Positions 42,132 to 52,945 of a stretch of DNA of 64,000 nt are shown here, piece by piece. A program made the position numbers and the translations under genes. The notes under the pieces are model-generated. The model saw nothing but the letters and a program-made list of their open reading frames with translations. It was not told the origin of the DNA and searched no databases. Source of the stretch: Candidatus Moraniibacteriota bacterium (GTDB lineage: Bacteria; Patescibacteriota; Minisyncoccia; Moranbacterales; UBA1568); NCBI GenBank assembly GCA_963778555.1, contig CAVZUR010000005.1:33756-97755 (forward strand). Reading direction: 5' to 3'. The number at the start of each line of letters is the position of its first letter. Position 1 is the stretch's first letter.

Positions 42132-43052
42132 ATGGCCCAGCAGTATGGACTGGGGCGCGGACTCGCTTCGCTCATTCCTCCTAAAAAAGAAAAATCATCA
42201 GCTGCCGCATCAACGGGAGCGGCTTTTGGGTCAGCACCAACGTCCGTCTTGCCGCCGGTAACAGTTTCGCACCCCGATATGCCAGTGATCCGCGAGATTC
42301 CCATCGGCGATATCGTTCCCAATCCGCATCAGCCGCGTCTCCACTTTGACGAAGCGAAGCTCGCAGAGCTCTCTGAATCTATCAGGGACCACGGGATTCT
42401 CCAGCCGCTCGTTGTTTCTTCGCTTGGAGACGGAAAATACGAGCTCATTGCCGGGGAACGCCGGCTTCAGGCGGCGAAGCGCGCGGGACTCATGGCGGTG
42501 CCAGTGGTCGTACGGCAGGCTGATAATCAGGAGAAACTTGAATTAGCTATCATCGAGAATATTCAGCGCCATGATCTGAATCCAATTGAAGAGGCGAGGG
42601 CGTATCTGCGTTTGACTGATGAGTTCGGGCTGCATCAGGATGCAGTCGCGAAAAAAATGGGCAAGAGTCGACCGAACATATCGAATACCCTCAGGCTCCT
42701 GACGCTCCCAGTGGAGATTCAGCGCGCCATTATCGAGGGAAAGATCAGTGAGGGGCATGCCAAAGCGCTCCTTTCCATCGAGAACCCCGAGAAACAGCGG
42801 GCACTTTTTGAACTTATCATCAAAGAAGAGCTCACGGTGCGTGAGGCTGAGGAAAAAGCGCGCGCAGTTTCCGTCCGTTCCCATCTTCGTACGGTCCGAG
42901 AAAATAGTCCTGAGCTTGCCGCCAAGGAAGATTGGCTGACCGAGCAGCTGGGGACGAAGGTACGAATTCAGTCGCGAGGTAAAGGGGGGAAAATAACCAT
43001 TGAGTTCTACTCGAATGAGGAACTTAGTGGAATCCTCGGTCGGCTCGCGTAA
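42132..43052 (+). CDS. parB: chromosome partitioning protein ParB/Spo0J
   Basis: ParB box GERRLRAA, HTH, and N-terminal IPIGDIVPNPHQPR. Confidence 0.9.
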   Translation: MAQQYGLGRGLASLIPPKKEKSSAAASTGAAFGSAPTSVLPPVTVSHPDMPVIREIPIGDIVPNPHQPRLHFDEAKLAELSESIRDHGILQPLVVSSLGDGKYELIAGERRLQAAKRAGLMAVPVVVRQADNQEKLELAIIENIQRHDLNPIEEARAYLRLTDEFGLHQDAVAKKMGKSRPNISNTLRLLTLPVEIQRAIIEGKISEGHAKALLSIENPEKQRALFELIIKEELTVREAEEKARAVSVRSHLRTVRENSPELAAKEDWLTEQLGTKVRIQSRGKGGKITIEFYSNEELSGILGRLA

Positions 43053-43078
43053 TGTCTGTCAAAACAAACGAAAGAGTG

Positions 43079-43116
43079 ACAGAGAGACGGACGGCCTCTC
43101 TGTTTGTTCGTGTTTC
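43079..43116 (+). terminator. rho-independent terminator after parB
   Basis: ACAGAGAG-9-nt loop-CTCTCTGT followed by TTGTTCGTGTTTC. Confidence 0.6.
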
Positions 43117-43214
43117 ATATCAATCTGACTGATACCTCACTTCAGTAAGTCATTATATTTTTCTGTCAAGGTCAGAATATATTCAGTTCAATCACGAAAG
43201 AAGCCATCAATTCG

Positions 43215-43223
43215 TGGTATAAT
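43215..43223 (+). promoter_or_regulatory. extended -10 element TGGTATAAT
   Basis: TGnTATAAT about 50 nt upstream of the 43277 start. Confidence 0.35.
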
Positions 43224-43276
43224 ACAGGCTGAAATCTTGTCTAAAGTGGCGTTCCGAGGGCTCTCTACATGAATGT

Positions 43277-44113
43277 ATGGCGGAAGAAAAAACAACCATC
43301 AATCCTTTTCTCGGTAATCAAAAAACCCCCCCACCAGAGAGCCATGCGGCTGTCGAGCCAGCGGTATTGAGTCGTCGTGTACAGTCCGCTCCATCGAAAA
43401 CGACTTCAATGACCACAAACCTTCCGACTGAAGGAAGGTCGGGGATTGCTTCACCCTCGAGCAAGCGGCGGCATCAAGCAGTACGGTGGAGTCTGATCAG
43501 CCTCTCATTCCTGGTCGTCATTGTGGGACTCTTGTATTGGTGGTTCCGGGGAGTGGATAGCGTGCCAGTCGTAGCACCGAAAAGTGTACCGCCAGAAGAA
43601 CAGACAACAGTTCCGCTCAATATCGGAAATCTTGATGAACCAACAGCGCTTCCGGAGGGGAGTGCGAATTATGTCAGCGAGAATTTCAAAGCGGGAGAGA
43701 TCGTCATTGGCGGCGAACTCCAATTCCTCGTGGCTGAAGATGAGACAGGGCCACTTGCCTTGGACAATATCCGGGGTGAGGCGTTCACTGAAAAGAATAA
43801 ACAAGAAGTGAAACTCGTGGTGACTTGGACAACAAATAAGCTTTCGCAAGCAGCTGTCCGCTACTCGAAGGGTATTGGTCAGACAGAACGGTCCTTGAAA
43901 GAGGATGATTTCAGTTACAATCATAGCGTCATAATTTCCGGACTTGATCCGGCCTCGACCTACCTCTATGTGATTGATGCCGCTGACCGATATGGGAATC
44001 AGTTGCAGAGTGAGCCGCATGCGGTCTTTACGGGCGCCCGGACGGTGTCATTGTTTGATTTGATTGCAGGCGCTATCGGTGAAGTATTCGGCTGGGCGGT
44101 ATCAAATAAATAG
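43277..44113 (+). CDS. single-pass membrane protein with extracellular fibronectin-III-like domain
   Basis: TM helix LISLSFLVVIVGLLYWWF followed by a beta-rich domain (VKLVVTWTTNK…YNHSVIISGLDPASTYLYVIDAADRYGN). Confidence 0.5.
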   Translation: MAEEKTTINPFLGNQKTPPPESHAAVEPAVLSRRVQSAPSKTTSMTTNLPTEGRSGIASPSSKRRHQAVRWSLISLSFLVVIVGLLYWWFRGVDSVPVVAPKSVPPEEQTTVPLNIGNLDEPTALPEGSANYVSENFKAGEIVIGGELQFLVAEDETGPLALDNIRGEAFTEKNKQEVKLVVTWTTNKLSQAAVRYSKGIGQTERSLKEDDFSYNHSVIISGLDPASTYLYVIDAADRYGNQLQSEPHAVFTGARTVSLFDLIAGAIGEVFGWAVSNK

Positions 44114-44147
44114 CCCTTGATTAATTAAAAAAGATAATGTTTTTTTG

Positions 44148-44156
44148 TGATATAAT
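44148..44156 (+). promoter_or_regulatory. extended -10 element TGATATAAT upstream of the giant gene
   Basis: TGnTATAAT 16 nt upstream of the 44172 start. Confidence 0.3.
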
Positions 44157-44171
44157 TCAGCTATGGCATGA

Positions 44172-46436
44172 ATGTCCGCCATGTACTGGTATGTAAAAAA
44201 TAAAAATCTAAAACCGTATACTTATCTCCTAGCGATCGCATTGGCGACGGGGAGTCTCATTGGTTGGGGGATTCGATCCCAATCCGTTTTTGCGCAATCA
44301 ATAAATCAAATCTCAGTCGCTGCCTCGCTCTTCGACTCAGAAAGTAAACTTATCATCAATGGCGAGTATTCAGTCCGATTCGCTCTCTATCAAACAGATC
44401 GGGCAACCGCTGATGCTTACCCGTCGAACGCGGATGCGGGCAGCCGGCTGTGGGAAGAGACTCAGACCGTCACTGTAAAGAATGGTATCCTTCGAGCGTT
44501 CTTAGGGTCTTCGGTGGCGCTTCCACCAGACCTAAATTTCGAAAGCGGCGATTATTATCTCGGTATTCGAGTTGGTACGGACTCAGAGATGGTCCCCCGG
44601 AAGAAGCTCGGCGCTGTACCTGCTGCCTTGAATTCGCAATTTCTCCGCGGCAGGACATCTGGGACGAGCGAGGGCAATCTTCTGATACTGGGGAAAAACG
44701 GCAAGGTGAATATCAAACAGCTCCCGGTCGGGACCGGAGCGAATCAATTGGTACGAGGTGATGATTCGCGTCTCGGCGATAGTCATCAGCAGAATACGGA
44801 CATCAGTACCGATTCAGAGATTTTTACCATCGGCGATGGCACAAGCGCCACGAGTACGAATTTTGATCTCGCCGTTTCGAACTCGGCGACGCCTCCTGCG
44901 CTCCGGTACAACGGATCGACACAGGCCTGGCAACTCTCGAATGATGGGACCACCTTCTCAGACATCTCGTCCGGCCTGTCAGGTTCGGTGATTTTGGGAA
45001 CGGGTACAGACGGGGATTATGTCGAATCGATCTCCAATGGCAACGGGATTTTTGGGGGCGATGGCGGCAGCGAAGGGGCAGCGCTTTCGCTCAGCATCAA
45101 TCTTCTGGATTCCGCGGACGGTACCGGGAGTATTTCGAGCGAATCCGGACTTGAGTTCCAAGGTTTAGGAAATGATGAGCTCACCCTCCTACAGGGATGT
45201 GCGGATACGCAGCTTCTGGCGTGGGACGATACGAATAATGTCTGGGAATGTTCAACGGTTTCAGGTGCTGGTGGATTGAGCGGATCAGGCGGATCAGGCC
45301 AAGCAGCTTTCTGGACGAGCTCGACAACGCTCTCGGGTGAGAATCAGCTCAATCCGTCGCGCGGTGGTACTGGCGTGGATGGATCATTAGCCGCCAATGG
45401 TTCGCTCCTTATCGGCAACGGCACGGGGTATACACTGGCGACGCTCACCCAAGGGACGGGTATCACCGTCACCAACGGCGCAGGAAGCATCACCATCGCT
45501 TCCACCCTCGGGACAAGCATCGATCTCACGACTGAAGTGACCGGCACCCTCCCAGTCGGGAGTGGTGGCACCGGTGCGACGACCTTTACGAGCGGCGGAG
45601 TACTGTATGGGAACAGCACCTCCGCCGTCCAAGTCACCGCCGCCGGCACGAATGGTCAGCTCCTCCTCGGCGTCACGGCTGGTGCCCCGACCTTCGCCAC
45701 CATGAGTAGCGATGCCTCCATCACCAATGCTGGTGTCCTGACTATCGCCGCCGATGCTGTCGCCCTCACCACCGATACCACGGGGAACTATGTCGCGAAT
45801 GTCCAGACGAGCGTCCTCACCGGTCTCACCGGTGGCTCAGCGGGGAGCGAAGGAGCGTCTCTCACCCTCAACCTCGATTACTCCCAAGCCCTGACCGGGG
45901 ATGTGGCCTTGGGTGCGAATGCAGGTGTCTTCGGTCAGTCCGGCTTCGCCTTCGAAGGCTCGAGTGCTGACACGATCGAGACCTATCTCGTCGTCACCAA
46001 TCCTACTGCCTCGGACAAGACGATTACGTTCCCGGATGCATCCGGCACCGTTGTCCTGTCAGGTGGGACACTGTTCACGGCCGCTGGCACCTCCGGTTCC
46101 AGCCAAACCATCTCGCAGGGGGATACTCTGACTATCGCCGCTGGTACCGGTATCACGACCACCGGCGGAGCGACTGATACCATCACCATCGCTTCGACCC
46201 TCGGGACAAGCATCGATCTCACAACTGAAGTGACCGGCACCCTCCCAGTCGGCAATGGCGGTACTGGCGCCACCACCTTCACTGCCAATGGCGTCCTCTA
46301 TGGCAACACCACCGGTGCGGTTCAAGTCACCGCCGCCGGCACGAATGGTCAGCTCCTCCTCGGTGTCACCGCTGGTGCGCCAGACTTTCGCCACAATGAG
46401 CAGCGGATGCCTCCATCACCAATGCTGGTGTCCTGA
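44172..46436 (+). CDS. giant Thr/Gly/Ser/Ala/Asn-rich tandem-module surface protein, segment 1 (signal peptide plus first modules)
   Basis: N-terminal signal-like sequence MSAMYWYVKNKNLKPYTYLLAIALATGSLIGWGIRSQSVFAQS; the modular repeats begin at about aa 250. The ORF ends at a double indel near 46390-46420. Confidence 0.7.
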   Translation: MSAMYWYVKNKNLKPYTYLLAIALATGSLIGWGIRSQSVFAQSINQISVAASLFDSESKLIINGEYSVRFALYQTDRATADAYPSNADAGSRLWEETQTVTVKNGILRAFLGSSVALPPDLNFESGDYYLGIRVGTDSEMVPRKKLGAVPAALNSQFLRGRTSGTSEGNLLILGKNGKVNIKQLPVGTGANQLVRGDDSRLGDSHQQNTDISTDSEIFTIGDGTSATSTNFDLAVSNSATPPALRYNGSTQAWQLSNDGTTFSDISSGLSGSVILGTGTDGDYVESISNGNGIFGGDGGSEGAALSLSINLLDSADGTGSISSESGLEFQGLGNDELTLLQGCADTQLLAWDDTNNVWECSTVSGAGGLSGSGGSGQAAFWTSSTTLSGENQLNPSRGGTGVDGSLAANGSLLIGNGTGYTLATLTQGTGITVTNGAGSITIASTLGTSIDLTTEVTGTLPVGSGGTGATTFTSGGVLYGNSTSAVQVTAAGTNGQLLLGVTAGAPTFATMSSDASITNAGVLTIAADAVALTTDTTGNYVANVQTSVLTGLTGGSAGSEGASLTLNLDYSQALTGDVALGANAGVFGQSGFAFEGSSADTIETYLVVTNPTASDKTITFPDASGTVVLSGGTLFTAAGTSGSSQTISQGDTLTIAAGTGITTTGGATDTITIASTLGTSIDLTTEVTGTLPVGNGGTGATTFTANGVLYGNTTGAVQVTAAGTNGQLLLGVTAGAPDFRHNEQRMPPSPMLVS

Positions 46437-46486
46437 CCATCGCCGCCGATGCCGTCGCCCTCACCACGGATACCACGGGGAACTAT

Positions 46487-47749
46487 GTGGCTTCGGCGAC
46501 CGCTTCAGGTGGACTCGTCATGACCGGGACCGAAGGCGCCTCGCTCGGCATCCTGCTTCCAACCGCGACCGACGGTCTCTCGACAACCACTTCTTCTGGC
46601 TCTGGTTTGGAATTGCTATCAAATGGATTAACCTTGCTGCAAGGCTGTGCGAATAATGAAGTTTTGTCATGGAACGAGTCGCTCGATCTTTGGTCCTGTA
46701 CCTCCATCGCGGGCGTCGGTGGCGTTACTGGTTCTGCCACTACCGGACAGGCTGCTTTCTGGAGTGGTACATCGACTATTGCTGGTGAGAATCAGCTTGC
46801 TACTTCTCGCGGTGGTACCGGGGTTAATGGTTCAGCAGCCGCCAATGGTTCGCTCCTCATCGGCAACGGCACGGGGTATACACTGGCGACGCTCACCCAA
46901 GGTACGGGTATCACCGTCACCAACGGCGCAGGAAGCATCACCATCGCTTCAACCCTCGGGACAAGCATCGATCTCACGACTGAAGTGACCGGCACCCTCC
47001 CAGTCGGCAATGGTGGTACTGGCGCCACCACCTTCACTGCCAATGGCGTCCTCTATGGCAACACCACCGGTGCGGTCCAAGTCACCGCCGCTGGCACGAA
47101 TGGTCAGCTCCTCCTCGGCGTTACGGCTGGTGCCCCGACCTTCGCCACCATGAGTAGCGATGCCACTATCACCAATGCTGGTGTCCTGACCATCGCCGCC
47201 AATGCTGTCGCCCTCACCACCGATACCACGGGGAACTATGTCGCGAATGTCGCGAATGGGAATGGCATCGCGGGCGGCTCAGCGGGGAGCGAAGGGGCCG
47301 CATTGACCCTCGCGATTGATCTCCTTGATTCAGCGGACGGTGCGGGCGCAGTGGCGAGCAACTCAGGTCTTGAATTTCAAGGTGCGGGATCGAATGAACT
47401 CGCCATCATCCAAGGCTGTTCCAATGGCCAAGGTATTTCCTGGGATGACACGACCAATCTTTGGCAATGTACCAGCTTCTCTGCCGGACTCGCTGGGAGT
47501 GGCACGACCGGTTATGCGACCTACTGGAGTGGCACCTCCTCCTTGGGGAGCGAGCAATTTCTCTCGACGGTCAGAGGCGGCACCGGTCTCGATGGCTCAG
47601 CGGCCGCCAATGGCACCCTCCTCATCGGCAATGGCACGGGGTATACGCTGAGCGACGTTGACCGATGGTACGGGTATTACTATCACGGAAGGCGCAGGAA
47701 GCATCACCATCGCTTCCACCCTCGGGACAAGCATCGATCTCACGACTGA
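46487..47749 (+). CDS. giant surface protein, segment 2 (continues segment 1 after the frame break)
   Basis: Same module sequence (…LIGNGTGYTLATLTQGTGITVTNGAGSITIASTLGTSIDLTTEVTGTLPVGNGG…); coding continuity with no intervening start or RBS. Confidence 0.65.
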   Translation: MASATASGGLVMTGTEGASLGILLPTATDGLSTTTSSGSGLELLSNGLTLLQGCANNEVLSWNESLDLWSCTSIAGVGGVTGSATTGQAAFWSGTSTIAGENQLATSRGGTGVNGSAAANGSLLIGNGTGYTLATLTQGTGITVTNGAGSITIASTLGTSIDLTTEVTGTLPVGNGGTGATTFTANGVLYGNTTGAVQVTAAGTNGQLLLGVTAGAPTFATMSSDATITNAGVLTIAANAVALTTDTTGNYVANVANGNGIAGGSAGSEGAALTLAIDLLDSADGAGAVASNSGLEFQGAGSNELAIIQGCSNGQGISWDDTTNLWQCTSFSAGLAGSGTTGYATYWSGTSSLGSEQFLSTVRGGTGLDGSAAANGTLLIGNGTGYTLSDVDRWYGYYYHGRRRKHHHRFHPRDKHRSHD

Positions 47750-50700
47750 AGTGACCGGCACCCTCCCAGTCGGCAATGGTGGTACCGGCGCCACCACCTT
47801 CACTGCCAATGGCGTCCTCTATGGCAACACCACCGGTGCGGTTCAAGTCACCGCCGCCGGCACGAATGGCCAACTCCTCCTCGGCGTCACCGCTGGTGCC
47901 CCGACCTTCGCCACTATGAGTAGCGATGCCTCCATCACCAATGCTGGTGTCCTGACCATCGCCGCCGATGCTGTCGCCCTCACCACCGATACCACAGGGA
48001 ACTATGTGGCCAGCCTCACCGCTGGTAACGGTATCAGTGGTACCGTCGCCAGCGAGGGAGCAACCCCGACCCTCGATATCGATCTCCTTGTCGCTGCTGA
48101 TGGCACGGGCGTCACTTCCTCCAATTCCGGTCTCGAATTCGCTGGTGCAAGCTCTGATAAGCTCGCACTCATCCAAGGCTGTTCCAATGGTCAAGGTATT
48201 TCCTGGAATGACACGACCAATCTCTGGGAATGCACCAGTTTCTCCGCCGGACTCTCCGGGAGTGGCACGACCGGTTATGCGACCTACTGGAGTGGCACCT
48301 CCTCCTTGGGGAGCGAGCAATTTCTCTCGACGGTCAGAGGTGGTACCGGTCTCGACGGTTCAGCCGCCGCCAATGGCACCCTCCTCATTGGCAATGGCAC
48401 GGGATATACGTTAGCGACCCTGACCGGTACGGCGAATGAAATTGGCATTACGAATGCCGCTGGCTCCATCACTATCGGTGTCCCGGATGACGGACTCGAC
48501 TTCACCGAATTCCAAGACACCCTCGATCTCGATGCGGCTCTCACCCTGAACCAGACCACCAATACCTGGACCCAGTCCTTCACCGGCACCACCACCACCG
48601 GCTTCGCCTACACCGCCACTTCCCTCACCACCGGCTCCGCCCTCAATGTCACTACCACCAATACCGCCACCGCCAACACCGCCCTCTCACCGGTTCAGTT
48701 CAATCTGACGAATGCTCAATCAACTACCGCCAACACCAATGGTGTCACCGGCCTCGCCGTCAACTTCACCAACAACCCGAGTGTTGCTGGTAACACGGAG
48801 TACGCGCTCCGGATCCAGAATCAGCTCACCGCGAACGTCACCGACAACGCTGTCAGTGCCCTCCTCCTCCTCGACAACGCCGACTCTACCGCGACTGGCA
48901 CCACCATCGTCACCGATGCCATCGCCATCACGAACTCAGGCGGATCGAACTTCACCAACTTCCTCAATACCCCGACCCTCGACATCAGTGCGGCGGGGGC
49001 GATCACCGGAGCGACGGGGATCACAAGCTCGGGGAACATCACGTTCTCTAGCCTCACCGCGAACTCTTTCCTCTACTCGGGTACGGGCGGTCTCCTCACC
49101 ACGACGACCGCTCCGACCAATGGCCAGCTCCTTATCGGAAGTACCGGCGTGGCTCCCGTCGCCGCGGCACTCACCCAAGGGACGGGTATCACCGTCACCA
49201 ACGGTGCAGGAAGCATCACCATCGCTTCCACCCTCGGGACGAGCGTGGACCTCACAACTGAAGTGACCGGCACCCTCCCAGTCGGCAATGGCGGTACCGG
49301 CGCGACATCGCTGACGGATCTCATCGCGTTGACGACGCATACCACGGGGAACTATGTGGCGAATGTTGCGAATGGGAACGGTATCGCGGGCGGCTCAGCG
49401 GGGAGCGAAGGGGCTTCCCTCACGCTCGCAATCGATTTACTGGATGTGGACGACAGTACGGGAGCGATTGCGAGCAACTCCGGCCTCGAATTCCAGGGCG
49501 CCGGTTCCAATGAGCTGACTCTCCTTCAAGGTTGTGCTGACACCGAGATTCTCGCTTGGGACAATACGACCAATGAATGGGAATGTGCGACAGTATCCGG
49601 CGTCGGCGGACTCTCTGGAAGCGGTACCACGAATTACGCTACCTATTGGACTGGGACCTCAACGTTAGGTGCTGAGGCTCAGCTCGATGAAACTCGCGGT
49701 GGTACCGGGATTGGAACGTATGCGACGGGTGACGTTCTCTATGCGAGTGGTGTGAATACCCTCGCCCGACTTGCGGCTGGTACTGACGGACAAGTACTGG
49801 TTCTGTCGAGTGGCGTACCGGTGTGGAGTACGATCGGAGGCGGAGGCGGAGGCGGAGTGACCGCTGACTCCCTCGACTTCACCGAATTCCAAGACACCCT
49901 CGATCTCGATGCGGCCCTCACCCTGAACCAGACCACCAATACCTGGACCCAGTCCTTCACCGGCACCACCACCACCGGCTTCGCCTACACCGCCACTTCC
50001 CTCACCACTGGCTCCGCCCTCAATGTCACTACCACCAATACCGCCACCGCCAACACCGCCCTCTCACCGGTTCAGTTCAATCTGACGAATGCTCAATCAA
50101 CTACCGCCAACACCAATGGTGTCACCGGCCTCGCCGTCAACTTCACCAACAACCCGAGTGTTGCTGGTAACACGGAGTACGCGCTCCGGATCCAGAATCA
50201 GCTCACCGCGAACGTCACCGACAACGCTGTCAGTGCCCTCCTCCTCCTCGACAACGCCGACTCTACCGCGACTGGCACCACCATCGTCACCGATGCCATC
50301 GCCATCACGAACTCAGGCGGATCGAACTTCACCAACTTCCTCAATACCCCAACCCTCGACATCAGTGCGGCGGGGGCCATCACTGGAGCGACGGGGATCA
50401 CCTCGAGTGGCTCTATCACCTTTAGTGCCTTTACCAGTAATGGTGGTCCGCTCTACACCAACGGTTCGGGTGTCATCGCTCAAACCACTGCCGGGACAGC
50501 AACCCAAGTCCTCCATGGTGGTACTGCTCCAAGCTTCTCCGCGGTCTCCCTCACCACCGATGTCTCGGGCACCCTCCCAGTCGGCAATGGCGGTACTGGC
50601 GCCACCACCTTCACTGCCAATGGCGTCCTCTATGGCAACACCACCGGTGCGGTCCAAGTCACCGCCGCTGGCACGAATGGTCAGCTCCTCCTCGGCGTCA

Positions 50701-52724
50701 CGGCTGGTGCCCCGACCTTCGCCACCATGAGTAGCGATGCCTCCATCACCAATGCTGGTGTCCTGACCATCGCCGCCGATGCTGTCGCTCTCACCACCGA
50801 TACCACGGGGAACTATGTCGCGAATGTCCAGACGAGCGTCCTCACCGGTCTCACCGGTGGCTCAGCGGGGAGCGAAGGAGCGTCTCTCACCCTCAACCTC
50901 GATTACTCCCAAGCCCTGACCGGGGATGTGGCCTTGGGTGCGAATGCAGGTGTCTTCGGTCAGTCCGGCTTCGCCTTCGAAGGCTCGAGTGCTGATACGA
51001 TCGAGACCTATCTCGTCGTCACCAATCCTACTGCCTCGGACAAGACGATTACGTTCCCGGATGCATCCGGCACCGTTGTCCTGTCAGGTGGGACACTGTT
51101 CACGGCCGCTGGCACCTCCGGTTCCAGCCAAACCATCTCGCAGGGGGATACTCTGACTATCGCCGCTGGTACCGGTATCACGACCACCGGCGGAGCGACT
51201 GATACCATCACCATCGCTTCAACCCTCGGGACAAGCATCGCCGCAGCTGAAGTCGATGCAGATGCTCTCGACTTCACCGAATTCCAAGACACCCTCGATC
51301 TCGATGCGGCTCTCACCCTGAACCAGACCACCAATACCTGGACCCAGTCCTTCACGGGCACCACCACCACCGGCTTCGCCTACACCGCCACTTCCCTCAC
51401 CACGGGCTCCGCCCTCAATGTCACCACCACCAATACCGCCACCGCCAACACCGCCCTCTCACCGGTTCAGTTCAATCTGACGAATGCTCAATCAACTACC
51501 GCCAACACCAATGGTGTCACCGGCCTCGCCGTCAACTTCACCAACAACCCGAGTGTTGCCGGTAACACGGAGTACGCGCTCCGGATCCAGAATCAGCTCA
51601 CCGCGAACGTCACTGACAACGCTGTCAGTGCTCTCCTCCTCCTCGACAACGCCGACTCTACCGCGACTGGCACCACCATCGTCACCGATGCCATCGCCAT
51701 CACGAACTCAGGCGGATCGAACTTCACCAACTTCCTCAATACCCCGACCCTCGACATCAGTGCGGCGGGGGCGATCACCGGAGCGACGGGGATCACAAGC
51801 TCGGGGAACATCACGTTCTCTAGCCTCACCGCGAACTCTTTCCTCTACTCGGGTACGGGCGGTCTCCTCACCACGACCACCGCTCCGACCAATGGTCAGC
51901 TCCTTATCGGTTGTACCGGTGTGGCTCCAGTCGCCGCGGCACTTACCCAAGGCACGGGTATCACCGTCACCAACGGTGCGGGAAGCATCACCATCGCTTC
52001 TACCCTCGGGACGAGCGTGGACCTCACAACTGAAGTGACCGGCACCCTCCCAGTCGGCAATGGTGGTACTGGCGCCACCACCTTCACTGCCAATGGCGTT
52101 CTCTATGGCAACACCACCGGTGCGGTCCAAGTCACCGCCGCTGGCACGAATGGTCAGCTCCTCCTCGGCGTCACGGCTGGTGCCCCGACCTTCGCCACCA
52201 TGAGTAGCGATGCCTCCATCACCAATGCTGGTGTCCTGACCATCGCCGCCGATGCTGTCGCTCTCACCACCGATACCACGGGGAACTATGTCGCGAATGT
52301 CCAGACGAGCGTCCTCACCGGTCTCACCGGTGGCTCAGCGGGGAGCGAAGGAGCGTCTCTCACCCTCAACCTCGATTACTCCCAAGCCCTGACCGGGGAT
52401 GTGGCCTTGGGTGCGAATGCAGGTGTCTTCGGTCAGTCCGGCTTCGCCTTCGAAGGCTCGAGTGCTGATACGATCGAGACCTATCTCGTCGTCACCAATC
52501 CTACTGCCTCGGACAAGACGATTACGTTCCCCAACGTGTCCGGCACCATCGTCCTTCTGGATGGCGCTCAGACCTTACGAGTGCGACCTGGAACCGACGG
52601 CTATCGGTGCACAGTATGGCGGCAGGCGGTACTTAACACGAGTGCTTCAACCGGCATCCCCACCATTTCGGCTGGTACCTGGAGCGTCTCATGCCACGCT
52701 CGGCGCTGCTTCGATCACCGCTGA
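47658..52724 (+). CDS. giant surface protein, segment 3 (1688 aa; +1 break at about 47651 relative to segment 2)
   Basis: Longest uninterrupted run; contains at least three full modules. Confidence 0.7.
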   Translation: MTDGTGITITEGAGSITIASTLGTSIDLTTEVTGTLPVGNGGTGATTFTANGVLYGNTTGAVQVTAAGTNGQLLLGVTAGAPTFATMSSDASITNAGVLTIAADAVALTTDTTGNYVASLTAGNGISGTVASEGATPTLDIDLLVAADGTGVTSSNSGLEFAGASSDKLALIQGCSNGQGISWNDTTNLWECTSFSAGLSGSGTTGYATYWSGTSSLGSEQFLSTVRGGTGLDGSAAANGTLLIGNGTGYTLATLTGTANEIGITNAAGSITIGVPDDGLDFTEFQDTLDLDAALTLNQTTNTWTQSFTGTTTTGFAYTATSLTTGSALNVTTTNTATANTALSPVQFNLTNAQSTTANTNGVTGLAVNFTNNPSVAGNTEYALRIQNQLTANVTDNAVSALLLLDNADSTATGTTIVTDAIAITNSGGSNFTNFLNTPTLDISAAGAITGATGITSSGNITFSSLTANSFLYSGTGGLLTTTTAPTNGQLLIGSTGVAPVAAALTQGTGITVTNGAGSITIASTLGTSVDLTTEVTGTLPVGNGGTGATSLTDLIALTTHTTGNYVANVANGNGIAGGSAGSEGASLTLAIDLLDVDDSTGAIASNSGLEFQGAGSNELTLLQGCADTEILAWDNTTNEWECATVSGVGGLSGSGTTNYATYWTGTSTLGAEAQLDETRGGTGIGTYATGDVLYASGVNTLARLAAGTDGQVLVLSSGVPVWSTIGGGGGGGVTADSLDFTEFQDTLDLDAALTLNQTTNTWTQSFTGTTTTGFAYTATSLTTGSALNVTTTNTATANTALSPVQFNLTNAQSTTANTNGVTGLAVNFTNNPSVAGNTEYALRIQNQLTANVTDNAVSALLLLDNADSTATGTTIVTDAIAITNSGGSNFTNFLNTPTLDISAAGAITGATGITSSGSITFSAFTSNGGPLYTNGSGVIAQTTAGTATQVLHGGTAPSFSAVSLTTDVSGTLPVGNGGTGATTFTANGVLYGNTTGAVQVTAAGTNGQLLLGVTAGAPTFATMSSDASITNAGVLTIAADAVALTTDTTGNYVANVQTSVLTGLTGGSAGSEGASLTLNLDYSQALTGDVALGANAGVFGQSGFAFEGSSADTIETYLVVTNPTASDKTITFPDASGTVVLSGGTLFTAAGTSGSSQTISQGDTLTIAAGTGITTTGGATDTITIASTLGTSIAAAEVDADALDFTEFQDTLDLDAALTLNQTTNTWTQSFTGTTTTGFAYTATSLTTGSALNVTTTNTATANTALSPVQFNLTNAQSTTANTNGVTGLAVNFTNNPSVAGNTEYALRIQNQLTANVTDNAVSALLLLDNADSTATGTTIVTDAIAITNSGGSNFTNFLNTPTLDISAAGAITGATGITSSGNITFSSLTANSFLYSGTGGLLTTTTAPTNGQLLIGCTGVAPVAAALTQGTGITVTNGAGSITIASTLGTSVDLTTEVTGTLPVGNGGTGATTFTANGVLYGNTTGAVQVTAAGTNGQLLLGVTAGAPTFATMSSDASITNAGVLTIAADAVALTTDTTGNYVANVQTSVLTGLTGGSAGSEGASLTLNLDYSQALTGDVALGANAGVFGQSGFAFEGSSADTIETYLVVTNPTASDKTITFPNVSGTIVLLDGAQTLRVRPGTDGYRCTVWRQAVLNTSASTGIPTISAGTWSVSCHARRCFDHR

Positions 52725-52945
52725 CTCCCTCGACTTCACCGAATTCCAAGACACCCTCGATCTCGATGCGGCCCTCACCCTGAACCAGACCACCAATACC
52801 TGGACCCAGTCCTTCACCGGCACCACCACCACCGGCTTCGCCTACACCGCCACTTCCCTCACCACGGGCTCCGCCCTCAATGTCACCACCACCAATACCG
52901 CCACCGCCAACACCGCCCTCTCACCGGTTCAGTTCAATCTGACGA

